A stretch of DNA of 63,748 nt, filler included, from Neolecta irregularis DAH-3 (lineage: Eukaryota): NCBI GenBank assembly GCA_001929475.1. It is 7 parts of 7 records of this genome, joined end to end, with 100 filler letters (N's around TTAATTAATTAA, not from the genome) between each part and the next. Parts side by side here need not be neighbours in the genome. Positions count along the whole stretch, not along the records: positions 49,530 to 63,748 come from LXFE01000882.1; 6 more parts are not named here. The stretch is one strand, 5' to 3'. Made by a program: the position numbers and the translations under genes. Below, one piece after another: positions 50,051 to 63,748 of this stretch. The notes under the pieces were generated by a model that did not search any database, was not told the DNA's origin, and worked only from the letters and a program-made list of their open reading frames with translations. Numbering within the stretch: position 1 is the first letter of the stretch; each line of letters opens with the position of its first letter.

Positions 50051-53000
50051 ATGAGCAGTCGAGATTTTCACCACCCATACAACCCATATCCCATACAGCA
50101 GGCCTTTATGGAAGGCCTGTACTGGACAATTGAGGATCGATGTGTTGGAATCTTCGAATCGCCAACAGGAACGGTTGCTTTCTGATATTTGGCTGAATGA
50201 TGACCGACCCTTAGGGGAAATCTTTAAGCCTACTTTGCGGAGCTATAACTTGGCTTCGAGATCACAAAAGGAATGGCGAGACCGAAAATATTGATGATAG
50301 TAAATCATAAAATTACTGGGAAATGTTCTAACTGCTACGGAGACTGCAATGAACCGGACTGGGTGATCCAACACGATAAGGAAGAAAAGCAGCGACGAGA
50401 AACACATAGGAAGGCAGAATATGAAGCAAAGCTCAAAAGAATACGAGATAATGAGTTGAGATCCAAAAAGCCAGCAGCTCATGTGAATAAAAGATTAGTA
50501 CGGTTGTTCATCCAGCTTAGTGCCAACTCTTAAGAAACTTTCAAGCACTTTCGGGGAGTTTACGGACGACGAAGCAAGTTTTGGACTTTCCGATTACGAT
50601 AGTGACAAAGAGCAATTGTCAGGGAAGTTATGTTTAGAAGGTTCGAATATACTCCCCGAAACGCAACAATTACTAAAGAAGTATGTAGTATTGTTTGATT
50701 CTATATTTTGACTGTTATAGACTCGGACATCAATTTCCAAACGAAGAAACACCAGACTTGGACCTTGAGGTGGACGAGATCAAGGCAATTCTTTAGTCTA
50801 TTTTGCTGATGGAGAGATATTTTACGCCACACGAACACATTCACAATTACGCCAATTCGTTGATGAAATACGAAAAGTCAACATTCCTCCAACTTTTGAG
50901 CCCCTAGACAAGCCATCACAATCTGGGGATTTCGCAGAGTTGATCAAACATATATCTTTGGGTTCCCGCAAGACCCTATGCATCAACCCAAAAGTCTCAA
51001 GACTGCACAGCGCGAATATGATTAATGAACGCTGCCTCGAACTTCAAAAGTCTGGTATCCGTTCTATTGAGTTTTAAGAGTTGAGACTTTAGGAACACCG
51101 CCAGATAAAAAATGTCCATGTCTACCTCCTCGTAAAGAACAACACTTAATGATGGATACCTTCAAAGATCATGCATTGGTATACACGGACTTGCTTCAAA
51201 TGGCATGAATTTAAGACCAGGCTCGTATCCGAGATATCGAAGATCTAGCAGCATTAGGCCGACAACTTGGCACATGCCCATACTATGCTTCTCGAGCGAG
51301 CCTCGGGCCCACTGAGGTGGGTTTATGTTGTATCGGATACTAATAACTTGAGATCGTCACTTTACCATATCCTCTTCTCATTCAGAAATCCGCACGCGAA
51401 GCACTCGGTATTAATCTCAAAGGCCACATTATTATAATCGACGAAGCACATAATATCATAGATGCCATCACGTCGATCAACTCTGTTTCTATATCACTTT
51501 CGCAAATAAACACAGTAAAGGATCATTTGGTGATATATATGGACAAATTCTCCAAGCGTTTGAAAGGGAAGAACAAAGTGTACATCGCCCAGATCCTTCG
51601 TCTTTTAAATGCTCTTGAAACCTTTTTGCAGACTCGAGCGAAAGGGAATATACGAGGGCCTGTGTTGGTAGATCCTTCGGAGTTGTTTCGTCTACAAGGT
51701 GTCGATCAAGTCAACATTTTCAAAATTGAAAAATATCTTAAAATAAGCAACCTTGCACGTAAGATCGACGGGTACTCTTCGTATAAATCCCGGAAAGACG
51801 CAAAGACATTGGCTCAGGCTGAAATCCAATCTTCTGATCTCCCTCTTCTCATGCAAGTCTCGTCATTCTTGGTTATTTTAGCAAATCCATCTAAGGAAGG
51901 TCGACTATTCCTTAAGTCGGCGGAGCACGATACGAATGATCCGTGTTTGAAGTATATGTTATTGGATCCATCTCATCAATTCAAAGATATCGCTGAAGAA
52001 GCTCGAGCGGTTGTTTTGGCAGGTGGAACTATGGAACCTGTATATAATTTCCTTCTTTTTGAAAGCTAATAAATCAGACAAGTGATTTTTCACACAGGTT
52101 ATTTCCTTACCTTCCACAAGAACGAGTAAGAAAATTCTCTTTTGGACATGTCGTACCACCCGAGAACATTCTTGCGATGCCATTAAGTAATAGTCCAGGC
52201 GGTAAGAAATTTGACTTTACGTTTGAGTCACGAAGAGATGAAATTATGGTAGCTTTCTCTCGGGGTTCTTTATTAACCATCAGATTGATGAATTGGGAAG
52301 AGCAATTTTGAACATTTGCGGTATCATTCCAGATGGAGTCGTCTGTTTTTTTCCAAGCTATGCATACCTCAAATTTGTTGTTGCTAGATGGCAAAGAGAA
52401 GATATCTGGGCTCGACTGGGCCAAAAGAAAAAAGTACATCTTCAATCGATAGTCGAAATAACGATTTTGAGTTGTTCCAAGAGCCAGAGGAAACAGGAGC
52501 CGCAGATCTCGTCTTAACTGACTTTTCTGCTTCAATCAATGTCCCAGGAAGTACCGGTGCTCTCCTGTTATCCGTTGTCAGCGGTAAGATGTCTGAGGGA
52601 ATCAACTTTTCGGACAGCTTAGGACGTGGAGTGATTATGGTCGGATTGCCTTTTCCAAATGCAATGTCGATTGAATGGGAGATCAAACTGCAGTATATCG
52701 AACAGTGCACATTTGAGAGGCTAGGACACACTTTATCCGAAAATCAAAAGAAGCAGAAAGCAAAAGAAGAAAGTCGAGAATTCTTGGAAAATACGTGTAT
52801 GAGAGCCGTCAATCAGTCCATTGGCATGTATGTTGATTGTTACAAAGAGTGACCATATAGGTCGTGCAATTCGACACCAAAATGACTACGCAACGATCAT
52901 CTTAATTGATGCTCGCTATAATACTCCCCGGGTTAGGAATAAGCTCCCAAAATGGATTAAAGACTGTATCCTGACACAGGACAAGTTCCCCGATCTTATG

Positions 53001-53066
53001 CGAAATGTAGGAAAATTCTTCCGAGAGAAGAAAATTGGGGGTTCAATGAGCAGAAAACCGTTATAG
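50051..53066 (+). CDS. CHL1: Chl1/DDX11 Fe-S DNA helicase (~11 introns, 2 GC-AG)
   Basis: [110 protein letters not shown]. Confidence 0.97.
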
Positions 53067-53567
53067 AATTTGCAAATCGAGATGATCTCATGTATACTCC
53101 GAATTACCGCGAGCCGCATTTTAATAACACAGCTGCGAATTCCTAGGAACTCTTGCTATATGAGGAGTTATTCAGGACATTAGAGAACTCCTGTCTTCAG
53201 TATTCTTTGCATTGCAGTTCAACTTGGCCAATTATAATAAATCCTAATCCCAATAAACAAGAACTATTGTGTTCTCTAAGCTGGATCTTATACTCACTTG
53301 CTACTCTTTTCAAAAAAATGATCAGAAGAGGGAGGATCATCTGTAAAGCAAAATATACTGCTGGGTAGCAATTAACCCAACAATTAATATTTCATATCAC
53401 AGTTCATCAGCTCCAAGGACATCTCTCACCCTTCATATATCCTGAGGTCACCCTACTGTTGATTTGGCAGGAGGTATAGGGTTTGCCACAAATTCAATAT
53501 TGGTTTGTACTTTACTCACACTATCAGTTTCATGTTATACCTATACTCTCCATGTATCACTATTCCT

Positions 53568-55198
53568 CTAAATGATGCTATGTAACAGCCTCCCCCTGGG
53601 CAAGCCTTGTATACCACCTCTCTTCCTGTCAAATATTTTGTGACCATGTAACCAGGTTTCATGAACTATACCAAACAATTTTCTTTCCAAGTATGGCGTG
53701 ACTTTGTTCTTGAAAAGCAATTGATCCTCGTCAACCTATAAAATTAGTAGTAAACCAGATATTTATCTTTTCACTGTGAAAGAGCCCTCGGGGTCCCATA
53801 TACAGAGATCTGCGGCTTGACCAACCTTGATCTCACCTTTCTGTCCCAATAACGAAACCTGGCGAGCGGTATTGTAGGTCATCCATTTGGATAGGTCCTG
53901 TATTCTTTAAAGGTAAGTTGGAACCCTGAAATTGTGATGGTTGTACTTTGCACCTCTCTTACTGCCTTCAGTCCAGAGAAGAGGCAACCCCAAGCCCAAG
54001 GTCGAGATTCCTCCCCAAGCATCCATGAAATCACCTTCTCCCATCTTCTTTAAGCTGGCCACACAAGGACTGTGGTCACTAACGACAGTATCAATATCTC
54101 CATTGATCAATGCTTTCCAAAGTTCCTCTCGATTAGATGCATCTCGAACCGGCGGGCAACATTTGTATTGCGTAGCACCCTCCGGAATTGATTCTGCATC
54201 CAACACGAGATAATGAAAGCATGTCTCTGCAGTGATTTTAACTCCATTTTGGCGAGCTTTACGGAGCAATGGAAGGGCATCAACAGCTGATAGATGTACA
54301 ATATGTAGGGAGAGATTGGGTGCTGTGTCAGAAAGAGCAATCACTGTTGAGATTGCATTGGTTTCGAGCGACTGAGGACGGGAGTTCAAAAACGTTGAAT
54401 ACTGGTGATTATGAAGCACGCCATTAACTGGTACTGGCGTAGGAATCTGCTCATCTTCCATTTCTGCATGAAACATCAACACTGTTGGTTCATCCTTGAG
54501 AATTTGCATTGCAAGTTCTACATCGTTTGGCACAACACAAGGAAACTCGTCAACCTTGATAATAAGACATGCCCTGCAATTAAATTTACCCCAGATGGAA
54601 TGAGGAAGCACTTGAATCCTTTGACACCGGCTTTGACCAGCTCCTTCAATTCGTTCTGACAGTCAACTTTTGGAGTGTCCGCGGGGATCTGGGACCTGAT
54701 TTCCGGGAATTACCCCGCCATAAAAGCCTACATCGATTCGACACTGTCCATGCGCAGCATCGATTTTAGCTGCCAAACCGTTGAGAGTTGTTGTAGGAGG
54801 GATAGAGTTGACTGCAGATGGTCAATCAAGAAAACCTCAGAACGAGCAACGGGGCATATCGATTACCGTTGTCACCTGGTCAAATAAGACTTTGATGAAC
54901 TGAATTATAAAAATACCCCGCCAGAGGCAGCAGCAGCTGTTCCCGTTGAAAAACCCTCCCAATCTGTCCGTCCCGGTTCATTGAGATGAACATGTGCATC
55001 AATCAGACCCGGCATAATCACAAGATCTCCATAGTCTATCAATTCCTGATCAGACGGAGAGTCATTTTTGGATGATTTTCCTAGGGAGACGCTTTGAATT
55101 GTTCCTGACTGTGGATCAATTTCGATTGTTGCTGGTACCGGATCATGTCCAATTGACAAAAGCACTCTGTTTGAGGCGATAACACTCTTGTTACTCAT
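53568..55198 (-). CDS. DAL1: Allantoinase (6 introns)
   Basis: [98 protein letters not shown]. Confidence 0.97.
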
Positions 55199-55426
55199 GA
55201 AAGCGTAGTCGGCGAGATCCAAGCCACAGGTGGTCCCCGCCGCCTCGCTTTCTTCCAAACTTCCCTCCTTCAAACTTCATCTGCATCACCAATATTTTCG
55301 TGCAGCTGTGCCTTCCTGTATGTCTTTTTTCATGGTTACAGACAATTGACCACACCGGCGCAGATTTCAGATCACAGCAAGCTTACGTGTCATTGCTTTC
55401 GGCACATTCATTAGGGGATTTTGAAT

Positions 55427-58400
55427 ATGAGTTCACATCAATACGGCCAGCATCAGGGGTTTCCACAGCAAAATGGACCTCAATACGGGCAAGATCCTCA
55501 GGGACAACAGTATCCTCAGCAGCAACCCCAAAGTGGTCGACATCCGCAGCAAGGATATCCTCTCCATCAAGAAGGAGTCAACCAGCAAGTCGGCCCTCCT
55601 CCGTCAAATATAAATGCTGGTCCGCCTGACCAACAACCCCAATCTGCCGGTCATCTTTCCACGGTCCCTTCCCATCTCGAATATTCATCCCATCCGCAAT
55701 CTGGCCATCCCGCATCTGCCCAGGGCAGATCCAGAAGAGCATATCCAAGTCAGCAGTACGAAACCCCACCTACCCAAAACTATGGGCCAGTCATGGACAG
55801 CCAAGCCGGCCAATTTGGTCAGCAGGGTGTTACTGATGCATCCCAGATATTTACTCCCGCGGCTCCTTTGCTTTCTCCTGCGGGGTTTCCTTCTTCAGGA
55901 GGATATGGCGGTCAAGCTGCTGGATATGGACCTCATAATCCGCCACAATCAGTGGCCCAAGTGACTGACCAGTTCCAACAAATGGGCTTGGTTCAGGGTT
56001 TGGTGTGTCTTTCGCTTTTTTATAGATGACATTCTAAACATACTAGAACTTGACAAATCCATTGATACCCATCGATTTGCATACTACTCGACCTCAACTA
56101 GAAGATCTCGAAGCACCACCCCCACCCTTGCAAATCCCTGCAGACGTAATCTATCTCTTTTTTAAAAATATCTTTCTAATTGTTCAGGCCTCCTTGACAC
56201 ATTCCGAGACAGCCAATTGTCCACCAGAGTTCATGCGTTGTACATTGAACGCAATTCCAAAAGACCATGGTCTCCTCAAGAAATCAAAGCTTCCTTTGGC
56301 ACTCGTCGTACGACCATATATAACTTTGAGGGAGGAAGAAGCACCAGTTCCTGTGGTTGGAGATTCAGTCATTTCTCGATGTCGACGATGTAGGGCGTAT
56401 ATTAACCCTTATGCAATTTTTATCGAAGGTAATACGCGATGGAGATGTAATTTCTGCGGATTGAGCAACGAGGGTATATACACTGGAGAAGATATAACCC
56501 TAATTTGGTAGTTCCAGCGGGGTTTGACTATGATATGATGACGAATCATGGACTTGATCGATGGAAGAGAGAAGAAATCAATCATGCCGTTGTTGATTTC
56601 ATTGCCCCAAAGGAGTATATGGTACATCACATCCATGATAATAATTTTACAAGTAGGTTCGAGCGCCTCCGCCTCTGGTTTATGTCTTTCTGATTGATGT
56701 TTCTTACAATGCTGTGACATCCGGCCTCGTCGCAACTGCTGCTCGAACTATCCTCGAATCGCTCGATCGGATTCCAGATAATGATCGCCGTACGCGAATC
56801 AGTATAGTTGGAGTTGATTCGAATCTATGCTTTTTCAGCCTTCACAAAGATCGCGCAGAACCCGAGATGCTTATTGTGTCAGACCTTGAAGATGTTCAGT
56901 TACCTCGGCCAGATGATCTACTTGTTGGTCTTCACGAGTGCAGAGCAGGAATAGAAAACCTCTTGACTCATTTCAATGAAATGTTTCAACATACACAGAA
57001 TGGAAGTAACTGTATGGGATCAGCCCTCGAAGCAGCTCACAAAATGATTGGGAATCTAGGAGGGAAAGCTGTTTGCCTCACCGCGACTTTGCCAAACGTA
57101 GGAACAGGGAAATTAGTACCGAGGGACGAAAGCAAGCTTTTGGGAACCCCGAAAGCTTCTTCTCTTCTCCAGGCTCAGAATTCCTTTTATCGAAGTTTCC
57201 CTCTTGAATGCTCCAAGAATCAAATGTCGGTCGATATGTGGTTATTCTCTAGCCAATATCAGGATGTCGCAAGTTTGAGTATCCTTTCCGTTTGGGATGT
57301 TTCCTAAAGGTTAGGTTGTTTGCCTCGATACACCGGGGGCCAGACGTTCCATTATCCGTCTTGGAATGCCAGTCGAGAAGAGGATGCATTCAAATTTGCT
57401 CATGAATTCAGCAACTATCTTAGTATGGAGATACAATTGGAAGCAGTCATGAGAGTCCGTGGTGCAGTCGGGTTGCGAATGTCTGCGTTTTACGGAAATT
57501 TCTTTAACCGATCTTCTGATCTTTGTGCTTTCCCTTCATTTCCAAGAGATCAGAGCTATGTTGTTGAAGTTTCTATTGATGAGGACCTGAAATCTCCGTT
57601 TGTTTGTATACAAACTGCGGTTCTTCATAGTACTTGTCATGGTAAATGCCAGTTGTATCCGTATTTTAACATCCTAGGTGAACGAAGAATTCGGGTTCTC
57701 ACGATGGCCATTCCCACCGCAAAGACTCTTAATGAAGTGTACGCATCGGCAGATCAAGTTGCCATTGCCGCATACATGACTCATCGTGCTGTCGAGAGAG
57801 CATTAGCCTCCAAGCTCGAAGAGGCGCGAGAAAGTATTGTTAAAACAATTGCAGGAATCTGCGAAACGTATAAAAAGAATATTTCTGGCGGAATAAGTCT
57901 CCAACTCCCCAACAATCTTAAATTACTGCCGTTACTTGCACTAGGACTTTACAAACATGTAAATTCCTCTCCAAGCACTGCTGATTATAGATTGGTCTTC
58001 GAGATGCTGCAGTTCCATCCGACATGAGAGCAGCGGCACTGTGTCTTCTATCGACATTGCCTGCCCCGGCCTTGATGAATTATATTCTCCCTCGTTTCTA
58101 CTCATTACACGACATGCCCGATGAATCAGGGCGACCTGGTCCAAACGGGATTGTAATGCCACCAAGAATGAACCTGTCAACAGAGCGCTTTGAGCGCTTT
58201 GGGCTTTATTTGATTGACGATGGGCAGTCTCAATTTTTGTGGGTTGGAAGAGAGGCTGTTCCACAATTGATCATGGATGTATTTGATCTCTCCTCAATTA
58301 ATGAACTGCAAAGTAAAAAGGTATCTTTTTTTCTTATTTCGTTGCCTTATGCGTTTAGGGCAAACTACCAGTCCTTGAAAATGAATTCTCGGAGCGTATT

Positions 58401-58592
58401 AATGGGGTGATTGCCAAATCGCGCGAATACGTTTCAGGGCTGCTATACTATCCCAACCTATACATTATCCGCGAAGATGGAGAGCCGTCTCTTCGCCAAT
58501 GGGTGCTTTCCCATCTTATCGAGGACAGAACGGATAGAGGATATAGCTATATTCAGTTTTTGAATCTACTGAAGGAGAAGGTGAATGCGTAA
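55427..58592 (+). CDS. SEC24: COPII coat subunit Sec24 (~9 introns)
   Basis: Q/P-rich N-terminus, RCTLNAIP...[13 protein letters not shown], zinc finger [11 protein letters not shown]...[16 protein letters not shown], trunk domain, [12 protein letters not shown], gelsolin-like [14 protein letters not shown]. Confidence 0.97.
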
Positions 58593-58808
58593 TTGGGGTA
58601 TGTAAGTGTAGAAGGAACAAAACAAAGAATGAACAGCTTTGTGTTTTCGAGGAAGCTGCCTCTGTGTTTTACTGGGCCACGTCTTTGTAGGTGAAACTGT
58701 GTTCACCGCTCCTTTATTTCCCAGCTCCACACCTCTGAAACTACACCTCTGCAATTTAAATCTCCTCCATTCCATTCGCACCGGTTGCGTTTTATCCATA
58801 CCTACACC

Positions 58809-60082
<1,274 letters not shown>

Positions 60083-60784
60083 ACTTTATGGGTTATTGTT
60101 GGCGTTGGGGCCGGTTCTATACAAGCCTGTGTCTTTATAATGCCTCGTTTAGCCAGAAAATTCCGTCTCGTTCCATGGGTTCGACCATACATTTCGGTTT
60201 TTATCCAATTTGCCTTCGCTATTATCCTTCAAAACAGCAGACTGCAAGTTGCTGATTACACAACAACCTATTCAGCCTAATATTTTGTGCCATAATCACT
60301 TCTTTTACCCGAATTACTATACTTGAAACCTCTTCCTCTTGTAATTAGCTGCCCTTATCTAACATTTTCATCAACAACCCCTTCATAGTTATGTTAACTT
60401 GATAAATGAGTGTGGTACGAGCCACATTTTTCATCATAGCCAAACCTCCCTTGACCTCGCCTCGTTATTAACTCACTACCGTAATTCCCCTCGGCTTGTA
60501 CCCTCATGGATTAAACCTAAAGATAGCAAGACTACCGGCTGAAATTTCCTCTATAGCCTAATCCATCTTTATACACACTCTCCCTCGAACTTTTTTCCCG
60601 TAATCTACAGCAGGGTACTCGTAACCCTGCTAGTTGTTTGTGCGTGTTTCACAGTTAGACCAGTTTTGGTGTCGCATGTCTAGTGGTGGCTTTGCAGCGA
60701 TCCCGAAAACACCCGATGCCTTTCTTTGCGTGTCTTACTCTGCATCCTGCCTTCAAAATCAGCCTCTCGTTCTTTCATCCTGCC

Positions 60785-62621
60785 ATGTCCTCTTCTTCCT
60801 TGTCACCCGCCCCCATGGATCCCAACGAGCGCCGGTTACTTGCCCTTGAGGAAATCGACAACGCTAAATTCGGTTGGTATCATATCCGTGCTGTCGCTAT
60901 TGCTGGAATCGGCTTTTTCACAGACGCCTACGATATTTTTGCTATTGTGCGACTTCTATTTTTGGGGGGTTGGAAATTGATTTGTTAGAATGTCGTTTCG
61001 GTCTGTTTGGGATATGTCTACTACCGTGATGTAACTCATAAGGCGACTTTACCTTCTCATCTCGACGAGGCACTAAAGGTCGGGACATCAGCTGGCGCTG
61101 TCTTCGGCCAACTTTTTTTCGGGTAGGGAGATAGTTTTATTTTTACAAGATATAATATTTGTTAGGTGGCTTTCTGATCGATATGGCCGGAGGAAGATTT
61201 ACGGGTTCGAGTTGATTATTATTATTTTTGCGACGGTAGCGACTGCGCTTAGTGGAGGAGGACCCGCCTTTCATGCTGTCGGCGCAATTATCTTTTGGAG
61301 GCTATTACTTGGAATTGGAATTGGAGGTGATTACCCTCAATCAGCAATCATCACCTCGGAATTCGCGAGTACCCGACATCGAGGACGTATGATGGCTGCT
61401 GTGTTTTCAATGCAAGGACTGGGGATCGTCGCTGGGGGTATTTATACCCCCGAATTATATTAAGATTAACGCTACTCTAGCAATCGTCTTTTTGATTAGT
61501 GTTCTTGGATTCAAACATTCAATCAAGGCTGACGAACTTTTGTATCCGTTTCCAACTAGTGGTGCCGCAGGCAACGTCGGTCTTCCTTCCGTAGACAAAA
61601 TCTGGAGATTGGTTATTGGAATCGGTGCGATTCCTGCTGTCATTGCTCTCTACTTTCGTCTTACGATCCCGGAAACCCCTCGATACACTATTGACATTGA
61701 GAAGAATATCGAGGCTGGTAAAAAAACCACGCGCGATTTCTTAAATGGAATCGGTCACGCGGACACTGAAGCAGTTACTCTCGAGGATCACGTTGATGAG
61801 ATCCCAAGCGCCTCGACGAGGGATTTCTTTAGACATTTCATGCAATGGAAACATGGCAAAGTTCTTCTTGGAACTGCCTTTTCATGGTTCTTTCTCGATA
61901 TCGCTTTTTACGGCCTTGGTTTGAACAATTCTATCGTTTTGCAAGCGATTGGATATGCAGGACAACATGACGTTTACTTGAATCTCAGAAATATAGCTGT
62001 GGGAAACATCATATTAAACTTGGTGGGCTCGCTCCCAGGATACTGGGTCTCTGTTGCATTCATCGACACTATTGGACGAAAGCCAATACAAATAGGCGGC
62101 TTTGCAATTCTTACAACCTTGTTTTTGGTCCTTGGATGTGCTTACTGGCCTCTACATGATCAAGAATCCAAGGCGGGATTTATCGCACTATTCGTCATGG
62201 CTCAGTTTTTCTTCAATTTTGGACCCAATACAACGACCTTTGTGGTTCCTGGCGAAGTCTTTCCGACGAGATATCGAAGTACGGCTCACGGTATATCTGC
62301 AGCATCAGGAAAAACCGGTGCAATTATGGCCCAGGTTATTTTCTCACCTCTGGCTAATCGAGGTGGTAAAAATCAGTGGTTGAACCATATCCTTCAAATA
62401 TTTGCGGCATTCATGTGTATGTGTTTCTTGTTATTGAAAAACTAAATTTGTCAGTCCTTGGATTTCTCTCGTCCTTTTTGATTCCTGAGACGAATGGTAA
62501 GACACTTGAAGAATTATCTGGCGAGAATCAAAGACGTTTCATACCGATGGAACGACAGGCTGATTCACCCGCATCATCTGGCAGTATTGCTCAACTGGTT
62601 GATTTACCCAAAGTTTCGTAG
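60785..62621 (+). CDS. PHO84: High-affinity phosphate:H+ symporter (MFS; 4 introns)
   Basis: [118 protein letters not shown]. Confidence 0.97.
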
Positions 62622-62743
62622 GATATGGTATGCCTAAGTATGGTGTTGTGGAGTTTGAGGCAAAGAGGAAAACATATTTACAATGTGCGTAGTGTAGACA
62701 GGAGTTTCCTTCATTTTGGTAAAGGATGCAAAAATATATAATA

Positions 62744-63515
62744 TTACTGTTTTTCTTCGAAAGTGAGTATGCCGTCTAGTAAATGTTGTGGATCTGGTTT
62801 GAGGGCAACGACGTCTGGAGTGATGTTGTGCTGCTGTAGGTATTCCTGGGTTGTGGGACCAATGGCCGCGATTTTGAAAGTTAAACTGGAGTAAGTGGCC
62901 AATGCAGCCTCTGCGCCTGCAGGACTGAAGAAGACGATCCAGTCGACAGCGTGTTCTGCCAGAGTTTGGGTGAAGCGGGAGTGGAAATCTGGAGCGGGGA
63001 CAGTTTTGTATACGACGAGTTCTGTAAAGGGGCGATTTGCAAGGCGGAGCTTTGTGGGAATGGCGTCTCTGCGATGATCCCCGGTGAGAAAAAGGAGAGG
63101 GTTGTCTGAGGAATGGTGGTGAATGATGTAGTCGGCGAGGAGCTCGCCCGTGCCCGCGTGTGATCCCTGGATGTCGGTGAAGCCCAGAGCAGCGAGCGCA
63201 GCGCCGGTTGCAGGGCCGACTGTGTAGACGGTGCGCGACTGCAGGTTCTGCGTTTGGCCGGCTGGAGTCAACAGGATAGGAGGACAAAGCAATACGGGCG
63301 AGGGAATCGAGCACCGCGCTGAGTGCGGCGGCGGCGCGCGGAGAGGTGATGACCAGGGCCGAGTAGTTTAGCGAGGCCAGCGACTGAAGCAGCAAGTGCG
63401 GATTGACATGCGAATGTGTGAGGACGGGCAGATGCAGGATTTGGCGGCCGCACTGTTGGAAGCAGCGTGTGTATGGATCTGGGACTGTGGGCGACTTTAG
63501 CAGGAGCACGGCCAT
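62744..63515 (-). CDS. HEM4: Uroporphyrinogen-III synthase (1 intron)
   Basis: MAVLLLKSPTVPDPY, LPVLTH, ALVITSPRA, VYTVGPATG, GSHAGTGELLADYI, LLFLTGDHRRDAIP, LVVYKT, WIVFFSPAG, IAAIGPTT. Confidence 0.93.
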
Positions 63516-63748
63516 GGCTGTCTCCTCCAACACGACAATGCAGGCACAGCACCCGCATCCACCGCCATATCCACAGCAGCAGCAGCAACATCAACAACAA
63601 CAGCATCAACAGCAACAACATCAGCATCAACAGCAACAACAGTATCCACATCAGCTACAGCAACAACAGTATCCACATCAACATCAACAACATCCACAAC
63701 AGTACCCACAGCCCCCACAACAGTATCCACAGTCTCACCCACAACCAC
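63514..63748 (+). CDS. 5' end of a Gln/His/Pro/Tyr-rich low-complexity protein; runs off the window
   Basis: Open frame from ATG 63514 (or 63538): MAVSSNTTMQAQHPHPPPYPQQQQQHQQQQH...QQYPQPPQQYPQSHPQP; CAA/CAG/CAT codon repeats stay in frame. Confidence 0.7.
   Translation, partial: MAVSSNTTMQAQHPHPPPYPQQQQQHQQQQHQQQQHQHQQQQQYPHQLQQQQYPHQHQQHPQQYPQPPQQYPQSHPQP

Noticed and set aside
63497-63748. Minus-strand V/D-rich and poly-Leu ORFs
   Set aside because: Antisense readings of the plus-strand Gln/His codon repeat.

Overview
This is eukaryotic (fungal) genomic DNA. Seven contig pieces are joined by six artificial 100-nt spacers (N-run + TTAATTAATTAA + N-run), so adjacency across those spacers is not evidence of real linkage. 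The DNA is compact, gene-dense and very intron-rich. The UBL-less Mud1-type Ddi1, tiny intergenic spacers and ~31-45 nt introns suggest an early-diverging ascomycete (Taphrinomycotina, Neolecta-like); this is inference only. I reconstructed about 32 protein genes by manual splicing, including a KRE2-family mannosyltransferase, PXR1, DPM1, a Gin4/Cdr2 kinase, WBP1, SF3B1/HSH155, BUR1/CDK9, a nucleotide-sugar dehydrogenase, DDI1, SNU23, RRN7, SPF45, ECM33, QCR7, ARO2, a kelch-TM protein, an alpha/beta hydrolase, a But2-like secreted protein, glyoxalase II, DUF1264, DNA ligase IV, PUS4, CHL1, allantoinase, SEC24, a Fus3/Kss1-type MAPK, PHO84, HEM4 and a polyQ/H protein. The window also holds four copies of one solo-LTR family, a foldback/MITE-like element, minisatellites and a RhoGAP+Ran pseudogene chimera. 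The most striking signal is the splicing system. Introns are ultra-short with very degenerate signals: about 1 in 10 has a GC donor, and AAG/GAG acceptors are common. Two introns appear to have arisen by tandem duplication of exon sequence (ARO2 32953-32985; SF3B1 13218-13252). One former intron seems exonised or GT-TG (LIG4), and one long, highly structured intron lies in ECM33. All exon structures are manual predictions without transcript data.
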